In this document: positions 50,383-60,152 of the stretch, piece after piece
Layout: each line of letters begins with the position of its first letter
Numbering within the stretch: position 1 is the stretch's first letter
Made by a program: the position numbers and the translations under genes
Notes under the pieces: model-generated
Database searches by the model: none
What the model was told of the DNA's origin: nothing
What the model saw: the letters and a program-made list of their open reading frames with translations, nothing else
Source: a virus
Taxonomy: Duplodnaviria > Caudoviricetes
IMG/VR virus record: IMGVR_UViG_3300001528_000580
Coordinates: 1 to 64,000 of that record
Strand: one strand, 5' to 3'
DNA length: 64,000 bases

Positions 50383-51507
50383 TCAGACGGCTGTTGTCGA
50401 TTGACAACAGCCTACCTTAAACGAAGATGCCCCTTCGTTATATATATTAAAACTAGCATTACGATCTCTATCATGATGAGTGGAACATGCAGAGCATGTC
50501 CACTCTCTATCACTTAACTTGAGATCTTTATTTATAAATCCACATTTACTACAAGTTTTGCTACTTGGAAAATAACGGTTGATAAAATATATATTTTTTT
50601 TATATTGAGAACATTTATTTTTAAGAATTTGTAAAAATTGATAGAATCCTAAGTCATAAATTTTTCTTCCGAATCTTTTACTTATAGCTTGTAAATCTAA
50701 ATTTTCAAAAAAGAAGTTATCATATTTTTTAACTAAAGTTAAAGCTAATTTATTATGAAAATCTAATCTTTTATTATAAATTTTTTTGTGTAAACGAGCT
50801 AATTTAATTTTAGCTTTTTTATAATTATTGCTTCCTTTTTTCTTTTTAGATAAATTATTACTTAATTTTCTTAATTTAGCTATGTTTTCTAATAAATATA
50901 ATGGAGATTCTATATCTTCATAATCATTGCTTATTAAAAATGTTTTTAATCCAAAGTCATATCCAACAGATTTATCTGTTTTATCAATAACTTTTTCATC
51001 TTTATAATCAGTAATTACTACAATATAATATTCATTTAAATTATTTCTACTTACGCTTATCCTTTTTACTTTTCCTAATATTTCTTGACTTTTACTATAT
51101 TTATATATCCTATCTTTTATCTTTATTTTATTATTATCTAATATTTTAAAACCAGCTTTTTTTAATATCAATGATTTATAAAACTTACTCTTTTTAAATT
51201 TTGGCGGTCTGCTTTTTATATTTTTCTTTAAATTGCTGAAAAATAATTTATATCCCTTATCGATACGTTCAGTAACTTCTTGTAAAGCATCTATTGGTAT
51301 TTCTTTTAAATAATTGAATTTTTCTGTTTTTTTAAGTTTTGTTAAATGTTTTTGTAATTGATACATATTTAACATTTTATTATATCTTCTATAATATCTT
51401 TTATGAAGTTTTATACAATGATTATACCAATATCCACATACAGTTATCAAATTTGATAACTGATCATTGTTTTTATTTTTGTATAATTTGTATTTATATG
51501 CTTTCAT
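50383..51507 (-). CDS. tnpB: RNA-guided endonuclease TnpB
   Basis: RuvC GYDFG, FFENL, DRDRNAS; Zn finger CSKC/CSAC; N-terminal AYKYKLY. Confidence 0.95.
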   Translation of the reverse strand: MKAYKYKLYKNKNNDQLSNLITVCGYWYNHCIKLHKRYYRRYNKMLNMYQLQKHLTKLKKTEKFNYLKEIPIDALQEVTERIDKGYKLFFSNLKKNIKSRPPKFKKSKFYKSLILKKAGFKILDNNKIKIKDRIYKYSKSQEILGKVKRISVSRNNLNEYYIVVITDYKDEKVIDKTDKSVGYDFGLKTFLISNDYEDIESPLYLLENIAKLRKLSNNLSKKKKGSNNYKKAKIKLARLHKKIYNKRLDFHNKLALTLVKKYDNFFFENLDLQAISKRFGRKIYDLGFYQFLQILKNKCSQYKKNIYFINRYFPSSKTCSKCGFINKDLKLSDREWTCSACSTHHDRDRNASFNIYNEGASSFKVGCCQSTTAV

Positions 51508-51917
51508 TTATCTTTTTGCTCTTCTATATATTTTTTTACTATTTCTAAACTTACTGAACCAACTGTTGATATAAAACAGCTTCTTGTCCACAAACAAGGT
51601 AATTTACTTTTTAGATACGGATATTTGCTTCTTAGATACCTTGCACTAAATCCTTTTATACTACATACCGTTGAAAATATTCCTATTTTTGGATTTATAT
51701 CTAATAATAAATGTACATGATCTTCTAAAACTTCCATTTCTAATACTTTATATTTATATTTTTCTTCATTTAATAGAATTATTTCTTTTAATGACTCGTC
51801 TACTCCATTTTTTAAAATACTTTTTCTATATTTTGGACAAAATATTATATGATATTGACAACTATATTTTAAATGATCTGTACTTTTATATTCCTTTTCT
51901 TTATTTTCAATATTCAT
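51504..51917 (-). CDS. tnpA: Y1 HUH transposase TnpA
   Basis: YHIIFCPKYR, DHVHL, LW, KYIEEQ. Confidence 0.95.
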   Translation of the reverse strand: MNIENKEKEYKSTDHLKYSCQYHIIFCPKYRKSILKNGVDESLKEIILLNEEKYKYKVLEMEVLEDHVHLLLDINPKIGIFSTVCSIKGFSARYLRSKYPYLKSKLPCLWTRSCFISTVGSVSLEIVKKYIEEQKDK

Positions 51918-51986
51918 TTTTAATCTCCATATTATTTTTGAATTCTATTTCTAAATATAATTAATATAAAAAAATATTTAAAAAAT

Positions 51987-52014
51987 TTGCTTTTTTTGAT
52001 TTTTAAGCTATATT
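51987..52014 (+). promoter_or_regulatory. outward-facing promoter TTGCTT-N16-TATATT inside the IS left end
   Basis: consensus match. Confidence 0.55.
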
Positions 52015-52123
52015 ATAATATTGGAGTTGATAAAAATTCTTATCCAAGCTAAAGCAATGAACTTCCTTTTTATGGAAAAAAGTGATATAACAACTGGTAT
52101 TATATATAAAGGATATAAAAATA

Positions 52124-52639
52124 ATGAATGATAATGATGAAATAGAATTTACTATAAAATGTAAAATGAAAAGATCATGGATGAATACTTTTTGTTCTTT
52201 TCTTAAAATAATGGAAAAATTTGGCAAATGTGGAATGTCAAGAGATATTATTTTTTATTGTGATGGTGATGGAGACTTTAGACCAAGATTTGAATTGCCA
52301 GAATATAAAACAAAACAGGGAAAACAATATTCAATAAAATTTAATGGCAATAAACATGATTCATATTTTTTTGATGTTGAAAATAAATATGTAGAAGAAG
52401 GTGAATCAGATATTTTATCAATTACTGAAAATATTTTTGCAAAACAATGGTTTGAAACAGAAGAAGAATATCAAAAAAGATATAATAATATTTGTAATGA
52501 TTTATATAGCATAAAAACTCAAGAAGAATTTGATAAAAGAAAGAAAATGTATTTAGAAGAAATGAAAAAATTATTAAAAGAAAGAAAAGATTTCTTGAAT
52601 GATATGAAAGAGTTATCTTCTAAAAATAAAAGGAAATAA
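52124..52639 (+). CDS. conserved phage hypothetical protein
   Basis: FYCDGDGDFRP motif. Confidence 0.65.
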   Translation: MNDNDEIEFTIKCKMKRSWMNTFCSFLKIMEKFGKCGMSRDIIFYCDGDGDFRPRFELPEYKTKQGKQYSIKFNGNKHDSYFFDVENKYVEEGESDILSITENIFAKQWFETEEEYQKRYNNICNDLYSIKTQEEFDKRKKMYLEEMKKLLKERKDFLNDMKELSSKNKRK

Positions 52640-52640
52640 A

Positions 52641-52985
52641 ATGAATATAAATATAGCTTATATGAATCTAGATATTGATAAACTATCAATTAATATTTAT
52701 AAAAAAGATAATGTTAAGATAAATAATAAAAAACATAATTTTGTGAATATTAACAACGAAAATGTTGCAATAGGATATAATGAAGAAACAATGTATAGTT
52801 CAAGTAATGGAACATTTTCTCGTTTTGTCATTTCTATTTCATCAAAAAATAAAAGCTCAAATGAATTAGAAGATATGTTAAAAGAAAAAATAGATGATAT
52901 TTTAAGTCAATGTTTGAAGATTTATTCTGATTCTATTTTTAATAGAATGAAAAATAATTATAATTATGGATCTTATTGTTATTAA
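52641..52985 (+). CDS. hypothetical protein
   Basis: AAGGA RBS. Confidence 0.55.
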   Translation: MNINIAYMNLDIDKLSINIYKKDNVKINNKKHNFVNINNENVAIGYNEETMYSSSNGTFSRFVISISSKNKSSNELEDMLKEKIDDILSQCLKIYSDSIFNRMKNNYNYGSYCY

Positions 52986-53017
52986 ACAATTGAACATGAT
53001 GAGTTGTTTGTTTATTA

Positions 53018-53461
53018 ATGATAAAATGGAGAATAAAAATGATAGTAAAAAAATGTATTGCAAATTTAAATTTTGAAGATTTTAAACAAAATTATAAAAA
53101 ATTCTGGCATGATTCGATAGATGAAAATGAACTTTGGAATAAAATAAAAAAGTTACAAAAAAATTATCCTTGTAATGAAAATGATAAGGATATAGATAAC
53201 GGTAATACTGGAATAGTTAAATTTACTTTTGATGGAACAGAATGGTTTCCTAAAGTATATATAAATGTTGAAAAAGGTCATATAATTGAACCAAAATCAA
53301 CTGATTTTATTAATATAAGCGATTATGTCAATATGAGAATATGTAAAAATATTGATATGAGTGATATTGAACATACTCTTTTATTGATATATGACATGAC
53401 ATTTTATGGTTGGTCTGATAAAGAAATTGAAGATACAAAAAATATGATTATATTTAGTTAA
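53018..53461 (+). CDS. hypothetical protein
   Basis: GGAG RBS; YDMTFYGW motif. Confidence 0.55.
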   Translation: MIKWRIKMIVKKCIANLNFEDFKQNYKKFWHDSIDENELWNKIKKLQKNYPCNENDKDIDNGNTGIVKFTFDGTEWFPKVYINVEKGHIIEPKSTDFINISDYVNMRICKNIDMSDIEHTLLLIYDMTFYGWSDKEIEDTKNMIIFS

Positions 53462-53473
53462 CAGCGGTTTAAT

Positions 53474-54067
53474 ATGAATAAATGGCTTAAAAAATTTTTT
53501 AATTTTAAAGATGAATCAAAAGAAGAAATATTGTTTAAATATAAAAATATGGTTGAAGAATTATCAAAAAATAATAGTACAGATATATTTGGTAATTTTT
53601 CTATTGATACATTTGAATTTATTCTTGAAAAAATGATTTTTGAAACTAATCAATCATTAATTATTTTTATTAAAAGTTATGATATGTATTTTGATGATAT
53701 AAAATTGTTTATGTTAAAACAATTGGCAAATAGATTGAAAAATGTTAAAGGCACAATTGAAATTATAACTTTTTATGAAAAAGATAATGAAAATTTAAAA
53801 AAGTTATCAGAAGAATATAAGGAAGTAGTACAATATTATTCTTTTAAGATAAATGATTTAAAAAATAAAGAATTAAATAACTTTCTTGTTTCAGATTTTA
53901 AAAAATATATTCTTGAAGATAGAGAAACATCTTTGTTTTTAAGAAAAGGATTAAATAAAGAAAATAATTTTATACATAATGAAGTTTGTTTTAATGGAGT
54001 TAATAAGGCAAATGAATTAGCTTTATTTTTTTATGAATACAAAAGAAATTTGGAGAAAAATAAATGA
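53474..54067 (+). CDS. hypothetical protein
   Basis: 197 aa ORF in operon. Confidence 0.6.
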   Translation: MNKWLKKFFNFKDESKEEILFKYKNMVEELSKNNSTDIFGNFSIDTFEFILEKMIFETNQSLIIFIKSYDMYFDDIKLFMLKQLANRLKNVKGTIEIITFYEKDNENLKKLSEEYKEVVQYYSFKINDLKNKELNNFLVSDFKKYILEDRETSLFLRKGLNKENNFIHNEVCFNGVNKANELALFFYEYKRNLEKNK

Positions 54068-54534
54068 GTACACAAGAACAAATTGCACAAGCGTTACATA
54101 TTGAAATAAATGATAATGAAGATCCTAAGTCAAGATTAATTATATGTGTTAAAAAGAAAATTGGTAATGTTGATTTAGATAATGGACATTTTGGATTAAT
54201 ATGCGCACATTCAACTGGTATTGCATTTAATGCATGGGATGGCAACCAACAAAATAATAATTGGTTTACAAATTATCCAAATATAACTTTTAATGATACT
54301 TTTAAACAGGAAGATTTTAATAATTGGAGATATAATTCTTTTAGAAAATTAGTTCTTGAAATGAATTCAGATTTAGAATTTGAAAGAACTAAATCAAAAT
54401 TAATAAGAGATGAAATACCATTTAGAATTTGTGGAGAAATTGCTTTTGGAGATGCAGAGGTCGCAATTGTCATATTCCCACTAACACAAGAACAAACTCC
54501 TAAATATTTAAAATTTTTAAAAGTTTGGAGATAA
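54064..54534 (+). CDS. hypothetical protein
   Basis: GGAG RBS, adjacent to the upstream stop. Confidence 0.6.
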   Translation: MSTQEQIAQALHIEINDNEDPKSRLIICVKKKIGNVDLDNGHFGLICAHSTGIAFNAWDGNQQNNNWFTNYPNITFNDTFKQEDFNNWRYNSFRKLVLEMNSDLEFERTKSKLIRDEIPFRICGEIAFGDAEVAIVIFPLTQEQTPKYLKFLKVWR

Positions 54535-54821
54535 TTAAAATGAAACATTTAATAACATATTCTCTTGATGACAATATATTATTCTTAATTGATGATTATG
54601 ATTCATTTGCCAAGAAAATTATAAATATTAAAACAGAAATTTTAATATATCATAGATTAAACTTTTCTGATGCTAATGTATTATTAAAATTTAAAGATGG
54701 AGAAGAACTATTAAGTAAATTGTGTTCTATTAGATTAACTGATGTTGAATATGAAAAATTATATAAAAATGGTATTGATGAAAAAGAAGAAAGTTCATTT
54801 TATGCACAGATAGGAATATAA
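54525..54821 (+). CDS. hypothetical protein
   Basis: GGAG RBS before ATG at 54540. Confidence 0.55.
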   Translation: MEIIKMKHLITYSLDDNILFLIDDYDSFAKKIINIKTEILIYHRLNFSDANVLLKFKDGEELLSKLCSIRLTDVEYEKLYKNGIDEKEESSFYAQIGI

Positions 54822-54824
54822 CAA

Positions 54825-55238
54825 ATGAATATTATATCTTATTCTGAACAATATAAAAAACAATTACTAAATTTAATTAATTTATTTTATAAAGAAACGA
54901 TAGAACAATATAATAAGATAAACATAAATTATATTATAGAATCAAATGACCTTGATAATAATTATTATATTTTACTTGACAATGACATAATTGTGGGATA
55001 TATTAATTATTGTATAGATGAAGAATATGAAAATACAATTATGATAAATCAATTGTTTATATTAAGAGAATATAGGAACAAAGGATTAGCAACTAAATTA
55101 ATAAATAATTTGTTTGAAGAATATAAAGATTTTAATTTTTGTTTAGGGGTTGTTGAATCAAACGAAAATGCAAAAAGATTATATAACAAATTAGGATTTA
55201 ATAAACCAACTTTTCAATTCTTATATAAGGAAAAATAA
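54825..55238 (+). CDS. GNAT acetyltransferase
   Basis: LFILREYRNKGLAT, NENAKRLYNKLGF. Confidence 0.9.
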   Translation: MNIISYSEQYKKQLLNLINLFYKETIEQYNKININYIIESNDLDNNYYILLDNDIIVGYINYCIDEEYENTIMINQLFILREYRNKGLATKLINNLFEEYKDFNFCLGVVESNENAKRLYNKLGFNKPTFQFLYKEK

Positions 55239-55241
55239 GAT

Positions 55242-55595
55242 ATGTTTAAATTACTTGAAAGAAGAATACAGGAAATTAAAGATAGAAATAAAATTATAGA
55301 AAATGAAAATGAGTTAACCGAAATTGATAATAATTTTGATATAATAATAGAACCAATAGTTACTAATTATATGGGATTTAAAACAAAGGTAAATAATAAA
55401 GAATTAGTATTTGAGGTAAATAAACATTTTAATTATTGTGATGTTTTTATAATTAATTTAGATAAAAAAGATTTTAGAGTTTTTATTAAAGTTCCATTTG
55501 GATTAACACTTGAGGACACACTAAAAGAAGCAATTATTAGATTTGCTAAACAATCTTCTGATTTTGTTAACCAATTATATAAATGTAATATATGA
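55242..55595 (+). CDS. hypothetical protein
   Basis: operon ORF. Confidence 0.55.
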   Translation: MFKLLERRIQEIKDRNKIIENENELTEIDNNFDIIIEPIVTNYMGFKTKVNNKELVFEVNKHFNYCDVFIINLDKKDFRVFIKVPFGLTLEDTLKEAIIRFAKQSSDFVNQLYKCNI

Positions 55596-55948
55596 ATAAA
55601 AAGATATTTAATGACAGAGTTGATGAAATTATAAATAAATTAGATGATAAAGGTAACGCTAAATTAAAAGCATTGAAAATAAAAGAATCATTTTTAAAAT
55701 ATTATGATTTTGATAGATTAAGTAATATAAATATATTCAGCAACATTAGGAATAATGGAATATATTTTGAGTGGAATTTCAATGAATGTCAAATTGTATT
55801 AGACTGTGAATGTAATGAAGATATTATACCGTTAGAAGAATACCATAAAGATAATGGTACTATAACAATATCTAATATTAAAATAAATCTTTTAGGAATA
55901 AAATTACTTAATAGAATATTATTAGATAAACATAAAAACAATGGATGA
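55592..55948 (+). CDS. hypothetical protein, paralog of the next gene
   Basis: YDFDxLS, GIxFEW, LNRILLD shared. Confidence 0.65.
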   Translation: MNKKIFNDRVDEIINKLDDKGNAKLKALKIKESFLKYYDFDRLSNINIFSNIRNNGIYFEWNFNECQIVLDCECNEDIIPLEEYHKDNGTITISNIKINLLGIKLLNRILLDKHKNNG

Positions 55949-56591
55949 AAATATGAATAAAAAAGAATTTTGTGATAGAATAGATTTTATAGCAATAAAT
56001 CTAAAACAAACAAAAAACATTAAAGAACATTGTGAAAAGATAAAAGAATTATTTGTAGAAAATTATGACTTTGATCAATTATCTGATATATATGTATATG
56101 GTAATTTAACAGAAGATGGTATACAATTTGAATGGGATATTGATGAATATAAAATTGAATTAGATTGTTCAATAGAAAATAATATTTTAAATCTTGAATC
56201 ATATCATGAAGAGCTTGGAATAACAGATATTGCAAAATTTCAGTTAAATAAAACTGGCATAGGATATTTAAATAGAATTTTGTTAGATGCAAACACAAAA
56301 TATATTTTAAAGTATAATGGTGTATATGGAAGAAAAGAAAGTTTTATATTATTGAATAAAGAACATTTTATCAATAAAGTAAAAAGTATAAATAATGAAT
56401 TTGGTATATTCTTTGGAGAAATTGAAGTATTATTTAATAATGGAAATGATTTATTAAATTATATTAGTTTTGAAAAGATAAATGATAACGATAATATTGA
56501 TTTTGCTAAATATGGAATATTCTGTATGAAACAATCATGTTTTTATGAACAATTAAGAGAAATAATAAATAGGAATGAATATGTTAAATGA
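55941..56591 (+). CDS. hypothetical protein, paralog of the previous gene with a C-terminal extension
   Basis: same shared blocks. Confidence 0.65.
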   Translation: MDENMNKKEFCDRIDFIAINLKQTKNIKEHCEKIKELFVENYDFDQLSDIYVYGNLTEDGIQFEWDIDEYKIELDCSIENNILNLESYHEELGITDIAKFQLNKTGIGYLNRILLDANTKYILKYNGVYGRKESFILLNKEHFINKVKSINNEFGIFFGEIEVLFNNGNDLLNYISFEKINDNDNIDFAKYGIFCMKQSCFYEQLREIINRNEYVK

Positions 56592-57051
56592 ACAATATGA
56601 TTTAAAACAAATACCATTTAATAAAGATGTTTTGGTAATTGATATATATGGAACTTATGATGTAGGTTTTTTTACAATGCATAAAGATAATCAACATTTA
56701 TTGTTTAATAGTTATATGTTTGGATTAAGATTTTGGGGAACAGATGAATATAGTTGTAAATATATTAAATTAATGGATGATATTATAGATGATTATAAAA
56801 TGGTATTAGATGATAATATCAATATAATTGATGATAATAATTTTATTGCAAAAATGAATAGTCATTATTTAAAATTTAATATTGGTGAAAAAACATATAA
56901 ACTCATAGAAATAGATGATAAAAAAGTTGAATTAGATGAAATATTACTTAGCGAAATACCAAATGAAGATAAAAACAATTTTCATTATTACGCTTGGTTA
57001 TATATAAAATATAAGAATAAATATATTAGAAAATACTTGGAGAAAATATAA
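56575..57051 (+). CDS. hypothetical protein
   Basis: operon ORF. Confidence 0.55.
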   Translation: MNMLNEQYDLKQIPFNKDVLVIDIYGTYDVGFFTMHKDNQHLLFNSYMFGLRFWGTDEYSCKYIKLMDDIIDDYKMVLDDNINIIDDNNFIAKMNSHYLKFNIGEKTYKLIEIDDKKVELDEILLSEIPNEDKNNFHYYAWLYIKYKNKYIRKYLEKI

Positions 57052-57503
57052 TGTTTGCATTTTTCAAAAAAATAGATAAAAATAATAAAATAGATTGGAA
57101 TAAAGAAACAACTATAATTAGATATAAAAAGGCAGAAGAGAAAACAATTGATGAATTAAAGAATGAACTTGATATATTATTAGATGATTGGTCATTAGAA
57201 AGAATAAATAAAAATAAAGAAAAAAATCAAAAAATATTTTTTGACGGATTTAATATAGCATTAAAAACTTTCTTAGAAAAATGTGCAATCAATTTAGATA
57301 CAATGGTTATGACTGCAGATAAACAATTTAAAAATATATTTACAAGAGACTTATTGAATACAAAGGAAGTAACAGATTTTTTAAATGGGTATGGGGTGAA
57401 GTTTATTGATGTATATTATGATGATATTAATTATAAACCATTTAGTGTAATTATTAGTCTTGATATATCTAGATTAAAGATAAAAGGAAATATAAATGGA
57501 TAG
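57051..57503 (+). CDS. hypothetical protein
   Basis: GGAG RBS, TAATG overlap. Confidence 0.6.
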   Translation: MFAFFKKIDKNNKIDWNKETTIIRYKKAEEKTIDELKNELDILLDDWSLERINKNKEKNQKIFFDGFNIALKTFLEKCAINLDTMVMTADKQFKNIFTRDLLNTKEVTDFLNGYGVKFIDVYYDDINYKPFSVIISLDISRLKIKGNING

Positions 57504-57753
57504 AATTAGTATAACTGATGAATGCTACATTGTGTCAGGATTAATTGAAGGTAACTCTATTGATTTTGTTGTCAATTATAGAGATTCATATATACAAATT
57601 ATTAATATAAACGGAAAGCCTGTCAATATAGAACTAATGCACTTTGATAAAAAAATACCATGTGATATTTATAAAAGAGTGGAATATTATATTTTACAAA
57701 GAATAGATAAAATAAAGGAGTATTTTAATGAATGTATTAAATCTAAAATTTGA
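57496..57753 (+). CDS. hypothetical protein
   Basis: AAGGA RBS. Confidence 0.55.
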   Translation: MDRISITDECYIVSGLIEGNSIDFVVNYRDSYIQIININGKPVNIELMHFDKKIPCDIYKRVEYYILQRIDKIKEYFNECIKSKI

Positions 57754-58581
57754 TGATGATATAAAAAATAAGTTTAATAGTTATCAACAACCATTGCATG
57801 TATATGTAATATCTAAAATATATAATAAACGCAAGTATTATGTAATTAATGTAGATCATAAAGATTATAATATTGATTTCTTATTAAGAAATATAGAAGA
57901 TTCTTTTAAATTATTACACTTTTATAACAATAGTTCAAAACAACCTTTATTTGGTTGTATAGAGTCAGATTTGGATAGTGAACAAGGTCAATTATTTTTG
58001 AAATATGTAAAACAATAGACCCAACATGGCAAATTGAAAGAATGAATTTCTTTTGGTTTAAAAGAATGCCAAATTATTGTATTATAAATGGAATTGAAAA
58101 GTCAGAGTTTGAGATAGAATTTTTTATGGAAAAAGATAATTCATTTGATATTGATATAATATGTGATGATAATAAATATAATGTTAAAGAACATGTTATG
58201 GAAAAAACAGATAATATTGATTGTTATGTACCATATATTATTTATTGTAAAAACAATCATGCTTATTATAGTTTTAATATATCAGAAAATATCGAAATGG
58301 GAGATTTTTGGGATTATTATACGAGTGATAATAATCGAGAATGTATTTCAAATGAAGATGAGATAATAAAATTGTATGGTAATAAAAAGATGGAGTCATC
58401 TTATATTATTGAAAAAATGATTAATGAAGTAAAATTATATTTAAAAGATAATGAAGATATTGAAATACACTTATTAAAAGAAATAGATTATAAAATCGTA
58501 GATATTGGAAAAATAGAATATGATGATATTAAATCAACAATAGGTGAATTAGATGATAGATATAAATCATTATATTTATAA
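57728..58581 (+). CDS. hypothetical protein; ORFs 57728-58018 and 58042-58581 are possibly one gene with a -1 shift at T5 (57995-57999)
   Basis: AAGGAG RBS at the first ORF, no clear RBS at the second; the -1 frame reads FEICKTIDPTWQIERMNFF. Confidence 0.5.
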
Positions 58582-58661
58582 TAATTATCTTGAAAAGACA
58601 GTTTGAATTATATTATGATATATTTAAATAATAAATAATCAATATTATATTTTTTTATATT

Positions 58662-58702
58662 AAAGTGATTAATGGAATACAAAAACATTAATCACTTTTT
58701 TT
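58662..58702. terminator. terminator closing the long + strand block
   Basis: AAAGTGATTAATG/CATTAATCACTTT plus T-run. Confidence 0.7.
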
Positions 58703-58799
58703 AACATATTTTTTGTGCTATAAAATTCGCATCTATATATAATATATAGAACTTAGCACTATAGATAAATTTTTGTTTCACTTTTTAACCCTATATCTA

Positions 58800-59190
58800 T
58801 AAATTTTTTTGTTATTTTTTATTAAAAAAATGCTGCCGCCGAGTAAGTTTTTTTCAAAAAAATTTTTTTCAGAAAAATGAAATTTTGTAAAAAAATGTCA
58901 AAAAATGCATTTTTATGCATCTTAATAAAAATGGGTAAAATCAGGTTTTAAAATGATGCATAATAAAAGTAACTGATTGTTTCTGGTTTTTGAAGATGCA
59001 TCATATTAGGGTTATTATGCATCTTAATATTTTGTATTTGATTTAAAACAAATATGATGCATGAAAAACAATTATTATGCATCATATTTAAATGGATTAG
59101 TTTATAATTAAATATGATGCATAATAAGATATATAAAGATGAATCATTTAAAAATTGGATTCCATTGGATTATTTGGGTTGCATCTTATT
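58800..59190. repeat. A/T tracts plus a phased ATGCAT array (origin- or terminus-like)
   Basis: ATGCAT at 58905, 58915, 58956, 58996, 59017, 59057, 59077, 59117; variants at 59139 and 59179. Confidence 0.8.
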
Positions 59191-59192
59191 CA

Positions 59193-59214
59193 ATATTATT
59201 ATCGATAATAATAT
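59193..59214. promoter_or_regulatory. 22-bp palindrome ATATTATTATCGATAATAATAT
   Basis: first of five copies. Confidence 0.8.
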
Positions 59215-59243
59215 CTATATATATTGTCTTTATTTATAACAAA

Positions 59244-59271
59244 AAATAAGGGGTAATTATATCCCTTATTT
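59244..59271 (-). terminator. intrinsic terminator for the minus-strand genes
   Basis: AAATAAGGG/CCCTTATTT. Confidence 0.65.
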
Positions 59272-59278
59272 GTGTATT

Positions 59279-59533
59279 TTAAACTTCAATGATGTTTTCT
59301 TGACTTATAATAAACCTTGCTTTTGTTGATGTGCTATAACAATCACCGCTTTTTGTAATTACATTAGTATGTAAATATTTTCCTCTACTGTCACCAATAT
59401 AATTAAATATATCCTTTATTTCTTTAATGTCTTCTAAAGGGATAATAATGCTTGGAGACATATTTGTCATGCTATCATCAAATGTGATATTTTTCAAATT
59501 TTGGTAAACTTGTTTGATAACAAGAAATTTCAT
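59279..59533 (-). CDS. hypothetical protein
   Basis: GGAG RBS. Confidence 0.6.
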   Translation of the reverse strand: MKFLVIKQVYQNLKNITFDDSMTNMSPSIIIPLEDIKEIKDIFNYIGDSRGKYLHTNVITKSGDCYSTSTKARFIISQENIIEV

Positions 59534-59535
59534 AG

Positions 59536-59904
59536 TTATTCTCCGATTTTATTTTGTTGTTGTATATATTTAGGGTTTAACCTGTTTTGTGTTATTTCCC
59601 ATACTCTAAATAACAGGATTTCATTGTTATCATCATCAGTATAGTATATATTTAATGCTTTATTTACAAAGCCATTGGCAACACTGGATACAGACACAGG
59701 TTTATTGCTTCTAATGCCTTTTATATAAGCATTGTCAGGTATGCCTACTTGTTCTAACGCACCAAGTAATATTTTTCTATTAGAAAATACTCCTAATAGC
59801 TCACCTTTGTTGTTTTGCTTTGAAGCAACATATACCCTTCTTGCATCAGGAGCACCAACAAGAAGTTCAAAAACTTCATTTTTGATAATTTCGTTTTCTT
59901 TCAT
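59536..59904 (-). CDS. hypothetical protein
   Basis: AAGGAG RBS and own promoter. Confidence 0.7.
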   Translation of the reverse strand: MKENEIIKNEVFELLVGAPDARRVYVASKQNNKGELLGVFSNRKILLGALEQVGIPDNAYIKGIRSNKPVSVSSVANGFVNKALNIYYTDDDNNEILLFRVWEITQNRLNPKYIQQQNKIGE

Positions 59905-59927
59905 TCTAATACTCCTTTTCTAAATAT

Positions 59928-59955
59928 ACTATACATCAATAATTGAAAAATACAA
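59928..59955 (-). promoter_or_regulatory. promoter TTGTAT-N16-TATAGT
   Basis: consensus match on the minus strand. Confidence 0.65.
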
Positions 59956-60006
59956 GGGTTATTATATTATATTTTTGGTATTTTATATGGATGATAAAAA
60001 TTATAA

Positions 60007-60032
60007 TTATATTATTATCGATAATAATATAA
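60007..60032. promoter_or_regulatory. 26-bp palindrome with ATCGAT centre, between divergent promoters
   Basis: TTATATTATTATCGATAATAATATAA. Confidence 0.8.
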
Positions 60033-60079
60033 AAACATATTTGCGTATAGATAAAAAATGAAAAAAGTTTTATTTTAAC

Positions 60080-60107
60080 TTGAAAAATCATTATTTTGGT
60101 GTATAGT
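60080..60107 (+). promoter_or_regulatory. promoter TTGAAA-N16-TATAGT
   Basis: near-identical to the promoter at 62830. Confidence 0.75.
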
Positions 60108-60152
60108 ATATATAGTAACAAGGAAAACCACACTTAATAAAGGGAATGAAGC

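Larger units (their letters stand above)
50343..52071 (-). mobile_element. IS200/IS605 family element (tnpA-tnpB), inferred target CCAT
   Basis: Right end GAAT-CTCCAATGCTTTAGCATGGAG-AGTATG-TCAA; left end CCAT|AAAAA-GGAA-GTTCATTGCTTTAGCTTGGA. Confidence 0.9.

Noticed and set aside
58905-59190. CRISPR array
   Set aside because: Repeats are short, alternate in orientation and have 20/40-bp spacing. No cas genes.
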